A DNA stretch of 62,876 bases, the filler included. It is 4 parts of 4 records of this genome, joined end to end, with 100 filler letters (N's around TTAATTAATTAA, not from the genome) between each part and the next. Parts side by side here need not be neighbours in the genome. Positions count along the whole stretch, not along the records: positions 19,835 to 51,066 come from SRR20825019_2229; positions 51,167 to 62,876 come from SRR20825019_2231; 2 more parts are not named here. One strand, written 5' to 3'. The position numbers and the translations under genes were made by a program. The notes beneath the pieces were generated by a model. It was not told the DNA's origin. It searched no databases and worked only from the letters and a program-made list of their open reading frames with translations. Shown piece by piece: positions 41,773 through 54,371 of this stretch; the stretch's first letter is position 1, and every line of letters starts with the position of its first letter.

Positions 41773-42287
41773 TGATGGCAACAACACCGCAGACACACCA
41801 GATTATCGGCACCGACGGGTTCGAACTTCATCCGGCGGACAAGTCCGCGATGCTCGAAGAGGTGGCGCACTACGAGCAGCCCCAGGCGGCGTGTATTGAG
41901 GCCTTGAAAATCGTCCAGCGTCGTCACGGCTGGGTGCCGGACGGTGCCATTGGCGCCATTGCAAAGGTGCTTGGTATTGGCCCCGCATCGGTAGAAGGTG
42001 TGGCGACCTTCTACAGCCTGATTTTCCGTCAGCCGGTGGGGCGGCATGTGGTGCTGGTTTGTGACAGCAGTTCCTGTTTTCTGAGTGGCTTCGATGAGTT
42101 GAAACAGGCGCTGGAGAGCCATCTTGGAATCGACTATGGCCAGACAACAGAAGACGGACGGTTCACTCTGCTACCGGTCTGCTGTCTGGGTGCCTGCGAT
42201 GGCGCGCCGGCGCTGATGATTGACGATGATACCTATGGCCCGGTGTCGCCGGACGACCTGCCGGGTCTACTGGAGGGGTACCCATGA
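41772..42287 (+). CDS. nuoE: NADH-quinone oxidoreductase subunit E
   Basis: [22 protein letters not shown]. Confidence 0.97.
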   Translation: MMATTPQTHQIIGTDGFELHPADKSAMLEEVAHYEQPQAACIEALKIVQRRHGWVPDGAIGAIAKVLGIGPASVEGVATFYSLIFRQPVGRHVVLVCDSSSCFLSGFDELKQALESHLGIDYGQTTEDGRFTLLPVCCLGACDGAPALMIDDDTYGPVSPDDLPGLLEGYP

Positions 42288-43666
42288 GTGAGTCCATTTC
42301 CAGTCAGCGAACATCCGTGCGTTATCGCAGCCGGCTGTTGCAACCGGAGGCGGACCGTCATCCGGATAGCCATCCGTTGACGTGGCGTCTGCGGGACGAC
42401 GGCGAAGTGATCTGGCTTGACGAATACCTGCGCAAGGATGGCTATCAGTCGGTTCGCAAGGCGCTGGACAACGGTGACCCTCAGGCCATCATTGCCACCA
42501 TGAAAGACGCCAATGTACGAGGTCGTGGCGGTGCCGGCTTTTCTGCCGGGCTCAAGTGGAGCCTGACCCTGCAGGGCGGCAACATGCCCCGGGGCTACCT
42601 GATCTGCAATGCGGACGAAATGGAACCAGGCACCTTCAAGGACCGCCTGTTGATGGAGCAACAGCCTCATTTGCTGATCGAAGGCATGATACTGGGGGCT
42701 TTGGCTAACCATTCCTTTTATGGCTACATCTTTCTACGCGGTGAATACGTGGAGGCGGCTCGAGTTCTGAACCGCGCTCTGGACGAAGCCCGTGAGGCCG
42801 GTTGGCTGGGGGCCGACATCAACGGCAGCGGCTTTGATTTCGACATTGCCGTGCATACCGGCGCAGGGCGGTATATCTGCGGCGAGGAAACCGCGCTGAT
42901 CAATTCGCTGGAAGGCAAACGGGCCAACCCTCGGGCCAAACCGCCTTTTCCAGGCCAATCCGGAGCCTGGGGTAAGCCTTCGGTGGTGAACAATGTGGAA
43001 ACCCTATGCAACGTGCCGGCTGTGATTCTCAAGGGTGCAGACTGGTATCAGGCACTTTCCGGTGACCGCACCGACGATGGTGGCAGCAAACTCTATGGCG
43101 TGTCCGGCCCGGTGGAAAAGCCAGGCCTGTGGGAGTTGCCCATGGGGACAACTGGCGCCGAAATCCTCGAGCGGGCAGGGGGCATGCGTGCCAACCGATC
43201 ACTCAAGGCCTGGCTTCCAGGCGGCGCCAGCACCGGGTTTCTGTTGCCGGAGCATCTGGAGCTGCCGCTGGATTTCGATACCGTGGGCAAGGAAGGCAGC
43301 CGCCTGGGGACGGGGCTGCTGACGGTGGTCCCTCAGGAACAGAGCATGGTGGCGCTGATGCGCAACCTGGAGGAGTTTTTTGCGCGGGAATCCTGTGGCT
43401 GGTGCACTCCCTGTCGGGACGGGCTGCCGTGGACGGTCAAACTGCTGCGGGCACTGGAACTGGGGCAGGGTGAAACCGGCGATGTCGAACTACTGGACAA
43501 GCTGGCGGCGGACTGCGGGCCAGGGCTGACCTTCTGCGCCCATGCGCCCGGCGCTGCCATGCCGTTACAGACGGCCCTCAAACACTTCCGGCAGGAGTTT
43601 GAGCACGGCGTCAGCAAACCCAGGGGTAAGGCCCATCAGGACCCGATTCCGGTGGGAGAAGTCTGA
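42284..43666 (+). CDS. nuoF: NADH-quinone oxidoreductase subunit F
   Basis: [46 protein letters not shown]. Confidence 0.98.
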   Translation: MSESISSQRTSVRYRSRLLQPEADRHPDSHPLTWRLRDDGEVIWLDEYLRKDGYQSVRKALDNGDPQAIIATMKDANVRGRGGAGFSAGLKWSLTLQGGNMPRGYLICNADEMEPGTFKDRLLMEQQPHLLIEGMILGALANHSFYGYIFLRGEYVEAARVLNRALDEAREAGWLGADINGSGFDFDIAVHTGAGRYICGEETALINSLEGKRANPRAKPPFPGQSGAWGKPSVVNNVETLCNVPAVILKGADWYQALSGDRTDDGGSKLYGVSGPVEKPGLWELPMGTTGAEILERAGGMRANRSLKAWLPGGASTGFLLPEHLELPLDFDTVGKEGSRLGTGLLTVVPQEQSMVALMRNLEEFFARESCGWCTPCRDGLPWTVKLLRALELGQGETGDVELLDKLAADCGPGLTFCAHAPGAAMPLQTALKHFRQEFEHGVSKPRGKAHQDPIPVGEV

Positions 43667-43696
43667 GCGAAAGTCACCGAAGGATAGGCAGGCATC

Positions 43697-46411
43697 ATGG
43701 CGACGATTCACGTGGATGGACAACGCTATACGGTCAATGGAGCCCACAACCTGCTCCAGGCGTGTCTGTCCCTCGGCCTGGATATTCCGTATTTCTGCTG
43801 GCACCCGGCCATGGGCAGTGTGGGCGCCTGCCGCCAGTGCGCGGTCAAACAGTACAAGGACAAGGACGACGACAAGGGCATGCTGGTGATGTCCTGTATG
43901 ACGCCTGCCGCAGACCAGACCCGCATTGATATCGACGATGAGGAAGCCAAAGCCTTCCGCGCCAGCGTGGTGGAATGGCTGATGATCAACCACCCACACG
44001 ACTGCCCGGTGTGTGAAGAGGGCGGGCACTGTCACCTGCAGGACATGACGGTGATGACCGGCCATGATCGCCGCCGTTACCGGTTCCGCAAGCGCACACG
44101 TCGGAACCAGTATCTGGGGCCGTTCATTGCCCATGAGATGAACCGGTGTATTACCTGTTACCGCTGTGTGCGCTTTTACAACGACTACGCCGGTGGTAAG
44201 GATCTGGGGGCCTTTGGTGCCAAGGATAATGTCTATTTCGGTCGCTACGAAGAAGGCATTCTGGAAAGCCCCTTTGCCGGTAATCTCACGGAAGTATGCC
44301 CCACCGGCGTGTTCACGGATCAGAGCCATTCCGAGCGTTACACCCGCAAGTGGGATCTGCAGTTTGCGCCCGGCATCTGCCACCAGTGTTCAATGGGGTG
44401 CAACATCAGCCCAGGGGAGCGATACGGAGAACTGCGCCGTATTGAAAATCGCTACCACGGTGAGGTGAACGGTTATTTCCTCTGTGATCGGGGCCGGTTC
44501 GGCTACGGTTACGTCAACCGCGCAGACCGTCCGCGGCTGCCGGAATGTCGGGAATCGTCAGACGGTAATCCGGTCAGCCTCGAAGTTGACACCGCACTGG
44601 CCCGTATCAGCGATGCCCTGCGTCATTCGCGCCGTGTGATCGGCATCGGCTCGCCAAGGGCGAGCCTGGAGAGTAATCATCAGTTGCAGGCACTGGTCGG
44701 CGTGGATAATTTCTCCACCGGCATTGAGGCTCAGGAGCAGGCCTGTCTTGACCTGATGAATCACCTGCAGCGCCATGCCGGCCTGCCAACATCCACGCCC
44801 CGAGAGGTGGAAGAGCACGACGCCGTGCTGGTTCTGGGCGAGGACCCGGTCCAGAGTGCCGGTCGTCTGGGCCTGAGCCTTCGTCAGGCGGCCCTGGCAC
44901 GTCGCGAAACGCTGGGTGAGACCATCGGTGTGCCTGCCTGGAACGCCGAAGCCCTCAAAACCCTGGCGCAGGATCGTTACCATCCTCTGTTCATCGCCTG
45001 GCCCACCGCCACGGACCTGGACGATGTGGCTGCGGCTCGCTATGCCTTGGCCCCGGATGACATTGCCCGGCTTGGCTTTGCGGTGGCCCATCGGATCGAC
45101 CCGGCCGCCCCGCCGGCGGAAGGCCTCTCCGAGGGCATGGCCGACGCAGCTGACGCTATTGCTGCCGCTTTAATGGCGGCAGAACGTCCGCTGGTGGTGA
45201 GCGGTGGCTCGTTGGGCTCCGAACCGGTACTGGAAGCAGCCGGGAACGTGGCCAGAGCATTGTCCCGGCGCGCCAAACGGGGCGGGCTGGCACTGATCCG
45301 GCGCGAGGCTAACAGCACGGGCGTGTCTCTGATGGGCGGCCAACCGCTGGACTGGGCGCTGGAGGAACTGACAAACGGCCACGCGGATGCGGTGGTGGTG
45401 CTGGAAAACGACCTCTACCAACGACTGCCCGGGCAAACGGTGGATGCAGCACTGGCGCAGGCAGAGATCTGCGTGGTGCTTGATCATCAACGCACGGCAA
45501 CGGCCGGGCGCGCTAACTTCCTGCTTTCTGCGGCCAGTTTCGCTGAGGCGGACGGTACGCTGGTTAACCTGGAGGGCCGGGCGCAACGCTTCTTCCAGGT
45601 ATACGATCCAAGTTACATGCGGCCCGAAAGCCGTATTCACGAAAGCTGGCGCTGGTTGCACGCACTGGCGGTGAACCTGCATGGCGAGAAGGCTGGTGAT
45701 ATCACCCTGGATACCGTCGTCGCAGCGTGTGTTGAGGCTCATCCACAGCTGGCGGGAATGGAGGAGGCTGCCCCTGGCTCACACTATCGCATTGATGGTC
45801 TGCCGCTGGCGCGGGAGCCCCACCGGTACAGTGGCCGTACCTCCATGCGGGCGAACCAGAACGTCAGCGAACCTCGGGTGCCGCAGGACCCCGACTCCGC
45901 GTTTGCCTATTCCATGGAGGGTTACAGCGGTTATCACCAGCCCCGGCAACAGGTACCGTTTGCCTGGGCGCCCGGCTGGAATTCTCCCCAGGCCTGGAAC
46001 AAGTTTACCGACGAAGTAGGCGGGCATTTGCGTGGCGGTGACCCCGGCGTGCGTTTGCTGTGCCCGGTCCCGGGCCAGGGCGAATACAGCCTGCCGCCTC
46101 AACGGGAGGGAGACTCCCCAGGTTTACGGGCTCTGATTCTGCCGCGGCTGTTTGGTGGCGAAGAGACGTCCTCGTTGGCTGCACCCATACAGGAACGTAC
46201 GCAAACGCCCAGTGTCACCCTGAGCCGGGAGGACGCTGAACACCTGTCGGTCCGGGGCGGTGACACAGTGACCATTCTTGGGGAAACGCTATCGGTGGTT
46301 CAGCAGAATGGCTGGCCCAAAGGCTGGATTGGTCTTCCCGCCGGGCTGTTTGCCGGGCTGCTTCCGGGAGAGCCAGTCACACTGGATAGCTCCGCCGGAG
46401 GTGAGCCATGA
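43697..46411 (+). CDS. nuoG: NADH-quinone oxidoreductase subunit G
   Basis: [42 protein letters not shown]. Confidence 0.98.
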   Translation: MATIHVDGQRYTVNGAHNLLQACLSLGLDIPYFCWHPAMGSVGACRQCAVKQYKDKDDDKGMLVMSCMTPAADQTRIDIDDEEAKAFRASVVEWLMINHPHDCPVCEEGGHCHLQDMTVMTGHDRRRYRFRKRTRRNQYLGPFIAHEMNRCITCYRCVRFYNDYAGGKDLGAFGAKDNVYFGRYEEGILESPFAGNLTEVCPTGVFTDQSHSERYTRKWDLQFAPGICHQCSMGCNISPGERYGELRRIENRYHGEVNGYFLCDRGRFGYGYVNRADRPRLPECRESSDGNPVSLEVDTALARISDALRHSRRVIGIGSPRASLESNHQLQALVGVDNFSTGIEAQEQACLDLMNHLQRHAGLPTSTPREVEEHDAVLVLGEDPVQSAGRLGLSLRQAALARRETLGETIGVPAWNAEALKTLAQDRYHPLFIAWPTATDLDDVAAARYALAPDDIARLGFAVAHRIDPAAPPAEGLSEGMADAADAIAAALMAAERPLVVSGGSLGSEPVLEAAGNVARALSRRAKRGGLALIRREANSTGVSLMGGQPLDWALEELTNGHADAVVVLENDLYQRLPGQTVDAALAQAEICVVLDHQRTATAGRANFLLSAASFAEADGTLVNLEGRAQRFFQVYDPSYMRPESRIHESWRWLHALAVNLHGEKAGDITLDTVVAACVEAHPQLAGMEEAAPGSHYRIDGLPLAREPHRYSGRTSMRANQNVSEPRVPQDPDSAFAYSMEGYSGYHQPRQQVPFAWAPGWNSPQAWNKFTDEVGGHLRGGDPGVRLLCPVPGQGEYSLPPQREGDSPGLRALILPRLFGGEETSSLAAPIQERTQTPSVTLSREDAEHLSVRGGDTVTILGETLSVVQQNGWPKGWIGLPAGLFAGLLPGEPVTLDSSAGGEP

Positions 46412-47385
46412 GTTGGTGGACTCCGCAACTGGCTGCCATCGCCTGGGGGATGTTCCAGGCCCTGGTGATTCTGCTTGGCGCCGTGCTGCTGGGTGCGGCA
46501 CTCACGGTCGTTGAGCGCCGCCTGCTCGGGCTCTGGCAGGACCGTTACGGGCCCAATAGGGTCGGTCCGTTTGGCACGCTGCAACTGGTGGCGGACATGA
46601 TCAAGATCTTCTTCAAGGAGGACTGGATACCACCGTTTGCCGATCGTCCGCTGTTTGTCCTGGCGCCGGTAATCGCCTTTGCCTCATTGCTGCTGTCGTT
46701 TGTCATTATACCCATCACCCCCGGTTGGGGCGTGGCGGACATGCACATTGGCCTGCTGTTTTTCCTGGCCATGGCCGGCATCAACGTCTACGCGGTGTTG
46801 CTCGGGGGCTGGTCCAGCGGTAATAAATACGCGCTGCTGGGTGCCATGCGGGCGACGGCCCAGACACTGTCCTACGAAGTGTTCATGGGATTGTCGTTGA
46901 TGGGGGTGGTGGCCATGGCCGGATCGTTCAACCTGCGGGATATCGTCAACGCCCAGGAAGGTTTCTGGTTCATCATTCCCCAGTTCTTCGGTTTTGCCAC
47001 CTTCCTGATTGCCGGTATTGCGGTGACTCACCGCCACCCGTTCGACCAGCCGGAAGCGGAACAGGAACTGGCCGACGGCTACCACATTGAATATTCCGGC
47101 ATGAAATTCGGCCTGTTTTTCATCGGTGAATACGTGGGCATGGTGCTGGTATCGGCGCTGATCGTCACACTGTTCTTTGGCGGCTGGCACGGCCCGTGGC
47201 TGCCGCCAATCCTGTGGTTTGCGCTCAAGACCGGCTTCTTCCTGATGCTGTTTATCCTGCTGCGGGCATCGTTGCCCAGGCCCCGGTATGACCGGGTGAT
47301 GAGCTTTGGCTGGAAGGTGTGCCTGCCCCTCACGCTGATTAACTTGCTGGCCACGGGGGCGGTCATGCTCCTGGTGGCCGAATAG
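46408..47385 (+). CDS. nuoH: NADH-quinone oxidoreductase subunit H
   Basis: [41 protein letters not shown]. Confidence 0.98.
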   Translation: MSWWTPQLAAIAWGMFQALVILLGAVLLGAALTVVERRLLGLWQDRYGPNRVGPFGTLQLVADMIKIFFKEDWIPPFADRPLFVLAPVIAFASLLLSFVIIPITPGWGVADMHIGLLFFLAMAGINVYAVLLGGWSSGNKYALLGAMRATAQTLSYEVFMGLSLMGVVAMAGSFNLRDIVNAQEGFWFIIPQFFGFATFLIAGIAVTHRHPFDQPEAEQELADGYHIEYSGMKFGLFFIGEYVGMVLVSALIVTLFFGGWHGPWLPPILWFALKTGFFLMLFILLRASLPRPRYDRVMSFGWKVCLPLTLINLLATGAVMLLVAE

Positions 47386-47394
47386 GGAGGACTT

Positions 47395-47964
47395 ATGGAA
47401 AGACAAACAGTCCCGATTATCAAACATATGCTCTGGCTGGTGCCCGCCACCTGGTCGCAATTGCGCACCCTGGGCATGGTGTTCATGCACAGTTTTCGCA
47501 AGCGTGAGACGGTGAACTACCCGGAACAACAGGTTTATCTGCCACCGCGTTACCGCGGCCGCATCGTGCTGACCCGCGATCCGGACGGGGAAGAGCGTTG
47601 CGTGGCCTGCAACCTGTGCGCGGTGGCCTGCCCGGTGGACTGCATTTCCCTGCAGAAGGGCGAGCAGGAAGACGGCCGCTGGTACCCGGAGTTTTTCCGC
47701 ATCAATTTCTCCCGCTGCATCTTCTGCGGCATGTGCGAGGAAGCCTGCCCGACGTCAGCCATCCAACTGACACCGGACTTCGAGATGGGCGAGTACGATC
47801 GCCAGCAACTGGTCTACGAAAAAGAGGACCTGCTGATCAACGGTCCCGGCAAGGACCATGACTACCACTTCTACAAGGTGGCCGGCATGGCGATCGGTGG
47901 TAAAGACAAGGGGCAGGCCCAGAACGAGGAGGCGCCGGAAGATGTGCGTTCGCTGTTACCGTAA
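47395..47964 (+). CDS. nuoI: NADH-quinone oxidoreductase subunit I
   Basis: Two 4Fe-4S motifs: [12 protein letters not shown] and [12 protein letters not shown]. Confidence 0.98.
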   Translation: MERQTVPIIKHMLWLVPATWSQLRTLGMVFMHSFRKRETVNYPEQQVYLPPRYRGRIVLTRDPDGEERCVACNLCAVACPVDCISLQKGEQEDGRWYPEFFRINFSRCIFCGMCEEACPTSAIQLTPDFEMGEYDRQQLVYEKEDLLINGPGKDHDYHFYKVAGMAIGGKDKGQAQNEEAPEDVRSLLP

Positions 47965-47982
47965 GCCGGAGGAGGGTGCCTG

Positions 47983-48525
47983 ATGGAGCTGGCCTTCTAT
48001 GTCAGCGGACTGGTGGCGGTGTTGGCGACCATTGGCGTGATCACCGGTACCAGCCCGGTTCATGCGGTGGTCTATCTGATCGTGTCGCTGATCGCCGTGG
48101 CACTGGTGTTCTTTGCCCTGGGGGCACCGTTTGCCGGCGCCCTGGAAATCATCGTGTATGCCGGGGCGATCATGGTGTTGTTTGTGTTCGTGGTGATGAT
48201 GCTGAACCTGCGGTCGGACGCAGAGCGGGAACCGTCCTGGCGGAATCCTCGCCACTGGGCAGGACCATCGTTGCTAACGTTGCTGCTTCTGGGTGCCCTG
48301 GCGGCCCTGATCGGTCAGGGTGGCATGGGGCAGATGATCGGTGGTGAGCTGCTGACCGCACGTGCCGTGGCCCTGACCCTGTTCGGGCCCTGGCTGATGG
48401 TGGTGGAGCTGGCCGCCATTCTTTTGCTGGCGGCCCTGGTGACAGCCTCCCATGTGGGGCGGCGCTCAAACCCCCTTCGAAAGCAGACGACATTGGACAA
48501 CCGCAACCAGGGAGGCCACTCATGA
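47983..48525 (+). CDS. nuoJ: NADH-quinone oxidoreductase subunit J
   Basis: [21 protein letters not shown]. Confidence 0.97.
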   Translation: MELAFYVSGLVAVLATIGVITGTSPVHAVVYLIVSLIAVALVFFALGAPFAGALEIIVYAGAIMVLFVFVVMMLNLRSDAEREPSWRNPRHWAGPSLLTLLLLGALAALIGQGGMGQMIGGELLTARAVALTLFGPWLMVVELAAILLLAALVTASHVGRRSNPLRKQTTLDNRNQGGHS

Positions 48526-48830
48526 CGGGAATTCCCATGGAGCATGGGCTGATCCTGGCCGCCATCCTGTTCAGCCTGGGGCTGCTGGGGCTGATGCTGC
48601 GTCGCAGCATGCTGTTTGTGCTGATGAGCCTGGAAGTCATGCTTAATTCGGCGGCTCTGGCATTTGTGGTGGGAGCCACAGCCTGGAATCAGCCCGACGG
48701 GCAGGCCATGTTCCTGCTGGTCATTACCCTGGCGGCGGCGGAAGCCAGTGTCGGGCTGGCGCTGATGATCCAGCTTTATCAGCGGTTCCGCTCCTTGAAT
48801 CTGGATGCCGTTAGCAGGATGCGTGGATGA
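48522..48830 (+). CDS. nuoK: NADH-quinone oxidoreductase subunit K
   Basis: [19 protein letters not shown]. Confidence 0.97.
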   Translation: MTGIPMEHGLILAAILFSLGLLGLMLRRSMLFVLMSLEVMLNSAALAFVVGATAWNQPDGQAMFLLVITLAAAEASVGLALMIQLYQRFRSLNLDAVSRMRG

Positions 48831-50695
48831 TGGCGATGGCAGTGACTCTTTCGTTTCTGTTGCCTCTGGCGGGCACACTGATCCTGGCGTTCAGCGGCGG
48901 ACGCCTGGGTGCCTTGGCCAGTTCCGTGGTGGGTGTCGGTAGCGTCGGGCTGGCGGCGCTGGCCACGGCGTGTGCAATGATGGCTCATTCCGGCGGCAGT
49001 GAAGGTATAACCCTTTGGACCTGGATTGCCGTAGAGGATTTCCAGCCCACCATCGGCCTGGCAGTGGATGGCCTGGCACTGGTGATGATGTCAGTGATTA
49101 CCGGTGTGGGTTTCCTGATTCATCTGTTCGCCGCCTGGTACATGACCGGTGAGGAAGGCATTACCCGCTTCTACGCCTGGATGAACCTGTTCGTGTTCAG
49201 CATGATGCTGCTGGTGCTGGGAGACAACCTGCTGCTGTTGTTCCTCGGCTGGGAGGGTGTTGGCCTCTGCAGCTATGGCCTGATCGGCTATTACTACCAG
49301 GGCAGCGCTAATGGCTGGGCGGCTTTCAAGGCGTTCGTGGTAACCCGCATTGGCGACGTGTTCCTGGCGCTCGGGCTGTTCCTGATCTTCATGGAGCTGG
49401 GCACACTTGATATCCAGCAATTGCTGGCCCTGGCACCGCAGCAGTGGCAGGAAGGCAGTACCACCGCCAACCTGGCGGCGTTGCTGGTACTTGGCGGTGC
49501 CCTTGGCAAGTCGGCCCAGGTGCCGCTGCACACCTGGTTGCCCGACGCCATGGCTGGCCCTACGCCGGTGTCTGCGCTGATCCACGCGGCGACCATGGTT
49601 ACGGCGGGCGTGTACCTCATTGCCCGGCTCAATGGCCTGTTCCTGCTGGCCCCGGATGTGCTCCTGCTGGTTGGCGTGATCGGGGCAGTGTCTCTGCTGC
49701 TGGCGGCCTTTGCGGCACTGGCCCAGACCGATATCAAGCGCGTGCTGGCCTACTCCACCATGAGCCAGATTGGCTATATGTTCGTGGCGTTGGGGGTAGG
49801 TGCGTTCGATGCTGCGATTTTCCATCTGGTGACTCACGCCTTCTTCAAGGCACTGCTGTTCCTGTCAGCCGGGGCAGTGATCATCAGTTGCCACCACGAA
49901 CAGGACATGCGGCGGCTAGGCGGGCTTTGGCGCAAGCTGCCCGTGGCTTATGGTGGATTCCTTGTGGGCGGTGCGGCGCTGGTGGCATTGCCACTGGTGT
50001 CGGCTGGTTTTTTCAGCAAGGACGAAATCCTGTGGCAGGCAATGGCGGCTGACCAGACCGGCCTGTTGATCGTTGGATTGCTGGGCGCGGTGTTGACCGG
50101 CATCTATACGGTTCGACTGATCCTCGGCACCTTTCATGGAGCCCCGGAAAGCGATAACGCACGTCATCCGGAGCCCGGCACCAACCCACTGACTCATCAC
50201 CTGCCGTTGATGATGTTGGCGGTGCTGTCCACCTTTATCGGCGCCTGGCTCTATCCGGGCCTTAGCGGACTCTTTCCGGACGCACCCGGAGAAGCAGTGG
50301 AAACCGGCCACACCCTGCTGCAGGTACTGGCCATAGGCGCCGCTGTCGCGGGTTTGCTGCTGGCAGCATGGCTGTTCCTGTGGCGGCGTGACTGGCTTGC
50401 AAAACAGGTCGGGCAGGGCATAGGTGCTCGTCTGTGGACGCTCTGGCACCATGCGTGGGGTTTTGACGCCCTGTTTGACCGGGTACTGGTGCAGCCCTGG
50501 CAGTGGATGGTGAAGGTTCTGCGGGTAGATCTGGTGAACCTGGTGATGAATCTGCCAGCGCTATTGGCGCGTGCGCTTAACGCCGGGCTGGTGAAAAGCC
50601 AGAACGGTCGCGTGCGCAGCTACGCTCTGGTGATGGTGTTGGGCGCAACAATCATCCTGCTGGCTCTGGCGGTGTTGCCGGGAGGGCTAGCATGA
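48827..50695 (+). CDS. nuoL: NADH-quinone oxidoreductase subunit L
   Basis: [52 protein letters not shown]. Confidence 0.98.
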   Translation: MMAMAVTLSFLLPLAGTLILAFSGGRLGALASSVVGVGSVGLAALATACAMMAHSGGSEGITLWTWIAVEDFQPTIGLAVDGLALVMMSVITGVGFLIHLFAAWYMTGEEGITRFYAWMNLFVFSMMLLVLGDNLLLLFLGWEGVGLCSYGLIGYYYQGSANGWAAFKAFVVTRIGDVFLALGLFLIFMELGTLDIQQLLALAPQQWQEGSTTANLAALLVLGGALGKSAQVPLHTWLPDAMAGPTPVSALIHAATMVTAGVYLIARLNGLFLLAPDVLLLVGVIGAVSLLLAAFAALAQTDIKRVLAYSTMSQIGYMFVALGVGAFDAAIFHLVTHAFFKALLFLSAGAVIISCHHEQDMRRLGGLWRKLPVAYGGFLVGGAALVALPLVSAGFFSKDEILWQAMAADQTGLLIVGLLGAVLTGIYTVRLILGTFHGAPESDNARHPEPGTNPLTHHLPLMMLAVLSTFIGAWLYPGLSGLFPDAPGEAVETGHTLLQVLAIGAAVAGLLLAAWLFLWRRDWLAKQVGQGIGARLWTLWHHAWGFDALFDRVLVQPWQWMVKVLRVDLVNLVMNLPALLARALNAGLVKSQNGRVRSYALVMVLGATIILLALAVLPGGLA

Positions 50696-51066
50696 TCCTG
50701 GTGTGGTTGATCCTGATCCCGTTTGTGGGTGGGCTGCTGTGCTGGCAGGCGGACCAGTGGGGCGATAGGGCGCCTCGCTGGATAGCGCTGGCCACCATGT
50801 TGTTTGTTCTGATCATCAGCCTGGTGCTCTGGGTAACCGGTGATTTTGCGTTGCCGGGTGAGGTCACCAGGCATTGGCTGCTGGAATGGAGAACGTCCTG
50901 GATCCCGCGTTTCGGTATTGAGATTCATCTGGCGATGGATGGCCTGTCGCTGATCCTGGTGGCGTTGACCGGCTTCCTCGGTGCACTGGCCGTGCTCTGT
51001 TCCTGGCACGAGATTGACCACCGTGTAGGCTTCTTCCACCTTAACCTGCTGTTCATTCTCGGTGGT
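50692..51066 (+). CDS. nuoM: NADH-quinone oxidoreductase subunit M, 3' truncated
   Basis: WIPRFGIEIHLAMDGLSL; follows nuoL. Confidence 0.95.
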
Positions 51067-51166
51067 NNNNNNNNNNNNNNNNNNNNNNNNNNNNNNNNNN
51101 NNNNNNNNNNTTAATTAATTAANNNNNNNNNNNNNNNNNNNNNNNNNNNNNNNNNNNNNNNNNNNN
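51067..51166. other. Artificial contig linker
   Basis: N44-TTAATTAATTAA-N44; bacterial operon before it, intron-containing genes after it. Confidence 0.99.
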
Positions 51167-51190
51167 GGGGGGGGGGGGGGGGGGGGGGGG
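51167..51190 (+). repeat. G24 homopolymer at contig start
   Basis: Read directly from the sequence. Confidence 0.9.
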
Positions 51191-51255
51191 TTGACCCACC
51201 ATGGTCTGGCCAAGTATCTTCTTAGAACACTGCAAACACAACGCCACCATTCTCC

Positions 51256-52415
51256 TCACACCGCCTTCACCGCCTCAGCACCCATGCCATCCGATTTTTC
51301 AGGCTCACTCGGGTCGTAAGAACCAGGCGAATCAGGAAACATCAGTGGCTCGTCCAGTCGCCGCAGCGGCCTTCTGCTGCTCTTCACCCTCTCAAATACT
51401 GCTGGCAGCTGAGCGGCTGGAGCGGGCAACGGCTCTGACACAAAGTATGGGTGCTTCATGGCCTCCTCGGCTGTGATGCGCTTGGTGGGTGAATACACAA
51501 GGAACTTTGACAGCAAGTCAATAGCCTGCGGGGATGCATCCGGAATGATGTCCGCGAGACGCTGAACCTCACAGTCTGCATTGGGATAGGTCAGGCCTGC
51601 CCAGGCATCGTTGTTACTGCACTTCACCTGGAAATGATATCTTATTGTAGTCAGGCAGCTCGCTCACGCCGGGCCACCGTTCCTCGGTCGGATTCCCCAT
51701 TACCTTGATAACACGATATAGTTGATCAATGTCATTTTCACCCGGAAAGAGCGGCGAATTCAAGAGCATTTCCGCAAATATGCACCCCACTGACCACATG
51801 TCAACTTGCTTTGAGTACCGCCGTGCACCATAAAGGATTTCTGGGGCCCTATACCAACGTGTTTGCACCTGGTGCGAATACAGCGCACCCGGCTCTTTGC
51901 TCTCCATTCTCGTTAGCCCAAAGTCACCTAGTTTCAATTCTCCATTGGAGCTCATCAGTAGATTGTGCGGCTTTAAGTCCCTAAATCACTGGTGAGATGA
52001 AATGAAATTACATATACCTGGTGGCATTTTGCCATACTCACCTGTGCATGAGGTTGAGTCCGTGGATGTATCTCACCCCTCGAAGCAACATGAGCAAGTA
52101 CGCCTTGATCTCAGCTTCGACAAGAGGGCGCCTCCCCTCACCAAGCAGCATCGACAGGTCCCCTGGAAGATACTCGAACACAAATACCAGGCATGTCCCG
52201 CTCGGGAATACATCCATTAATCTGACAACAGAGGGGTGGTCCATCAACTGAAGTGCCTTCATTTCTCGAAAGGCACTGGTTGGAATGCCGTCTTCCACAC
52301 GTTTGAGACGAATCTTCTTAAGTGCCACAGTGCGACCGGTCTCCACACACTGGGCGCGCATGACTACACCGAAGGTCCCTTCCCCGACCCGGTCCATCAC
52401 CCGATACTGCTCCAT
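51256..52415 (-). CDS. Eukaryotic cyclin-dependent kinase, CDK20/CCRK-like; exons 52415-52042, 51980-51628, 51575-51256
   Basis: GEGTFG, VALKK, PTSAFRE; HR|DLKPHN restored across GT-AG intron 51981-52041; DFG; YSHQVQTRWYRAPEILYGAR; second intron 51576-51627. Confidence 0.9.
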
Positions 52416-53264
52416 GACAGCACCGTGTTGAGGCGGGCTTCAGCTCGGTCTTGTCTTGGACCGATGTGGGCTCTCAATATATATATGTTGAGTGGCTTCC
52501 GCATCAATCAATCGCGCGCGACACTGTTAGGCCGGGGGCTGGTCCGCCGTGCGCGGCGGTCTGGCCCGTGTCTGGCCCATCGGGCCTCGACCCACCGCGC
52601 GCGTCACGGCCGCCCGGCGGCCCCGGCGGTGCTGCCGCGCCGCCCGGGCGGCGGGCGCGCCCACTGGGCCCCGGCAGCACCGTGAGTGCGCCGGCCCGGC
52701 CGCCGGGATTCAAAATGGTCAAGGATAATACGTTTCCAACAAATGACTTTATTTAAACATTCACCAGCCGAAGTTCGTTGTGAAGAGATAATCGTCCTGG
52801 AATTTGTATTTGAATATGATTTCGAGGTTGATCATTGTCTTGTGGCCAACACTGGAGCCGCCCGACTAGCACTGTGGTGCTTCCGATGCGGCGACCGGGG
52901 GTCCCTCAGACGCGCTCCGCTGCGCCCCCGGTGGCGACTCAGCACCACTGCGTCACCCTCGCAGTTCCGTCCGGCTCACCGCCAGGGGACGATGGTGTGT
53001 CAGGCCATGCCAACCCCGGGCCAGGCTCAAAAATTTCGGAAGGACCGGCCCCAGGTGCACTGACCAGACTCTCACTGAGGCAGTGTGGCAGACTCCCCAC
53101 GACAGTGCTTGATGCTGGTTCAGCGGTTGTGTTTCACGAAACGGTCCTCACCCCCACCCCAGCCTCCAAGAACGAGAAACCTTGCTATGGTCTATCCACG
53201 TCCAATCAACAGACTGCCTAGATATATTACTGAACTCATCCCAGTTTGTAAAATCAAAACAAAG

Positions 53265-54108
53265 ATGTCAAAGAATTTGTTGTTCATCCTTGGTCTTCTT
53301 GTCCTTGCTGAGGCCACTATGGCCATTAACCTCCGCGCTAACCCCGCTGAGACCGAAGAGGAGGTTGCCGGTGAGGGTGTCGAGAACTCTGCTGCCGCGG
53401 AGGAGGAGCCCGCCCACAATGAAGAGTCCGAGGAACACGAGAGCAAGTACCACGTAGTGTCCAGCACTGAGAACGAGGAGAAGGAGAGCGCTGGCAAGAA
53501 TGTTGAAATCGTCTCCGAGGGCGAGAACAAGGCCGGGATGGGTTTCAGGTATGGCTAAGTATACAAGTTGCTGTTCTGTACTGACTCTCTTCCAACCCAA
53601 GTGACGAGATCACTAGCCAGCTGAAGGAGTCCAGCGACAAGCTCAACGAGCTCGAGAAGGTTGTGATGAAGAGGGTCGCCTCTCTCCGCAAGGATGCCAA
53701 GCTCCTCCGCAAGAAGTGTGAGTTTTCGGTCCTTCGGGACTCGCGTGTTAAGGCCTTCGTTGACATTTTGTAACAGCCAACAGCCTGGAGGAGGAGGGCA
53801 CCGTTCTGTCGAAGAAGGCGGACCGCCTTGAGAAGACCATCATTCCTTTGATCCGCCAGGCGAACAGCGCCCTCTCCGTTACCCAGAAGGCCACGCAGGC
53901 CGCTGGCAAGAGCATGGAAGAGGAGGAGGCTGGCTCTCCCAGCAAGCCCGAGGCTACCGAGGCACCAGCCGAGGGATCTGTGAACTCAGTTGCCGCCGAA
54001 GTTGCCGAGAAGGAGAAGGCCGAGGTTGAGAACGTGGAGAAGAAGCTTGCCAATGAAGAGTCCGCTGATGCTGCCATCGAGGCCGAGGCCAAGCAGGAGG
54101 ATGCCTAA
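53265..54108 (+). CDS. Secreted acidic Glu/Ala-rich coiled-coil protein; exons 53265-53548, 53602-53717, 53777-54108
   Basis: Signal peptide MSKNLLFILGLLVLAEATMA; GT-AG introns 53549-53601 and 53718-53776 join the frames exactly; strong C/G-ending codon bias. Confidence 0.8.
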
Positions 54109-54371
54109 ATCCATCTGGATTCCCTGATATGTCGCAAGACATTATATCACCGTTCGGTGCGCGACCCCATATACAATATCTAATAAATTACCAAAATACA
54201 AAACACCCAATACTAGTGGCAGCCGGAAAGGATGAAGTACAATTTATGTCGAAGAATATACAACGTGCCCGCGCATGGAGCGCGTGAAGACGCGGCTCCT
54301 GCGCCATGGGAGAACGGTTCCCAACCAACATTGCTGCTCTCTCAAGGGGTTCAACAGGCCTCAAGAGATCA

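Noticed and set aside
39928-41796. 622-aa antisense ORF, and the many other overlapping ORFs in the GC-rich contigs
   Set aside because: Shadow frames of real genes caused by high-GC codon bias; no recognisable motifs.
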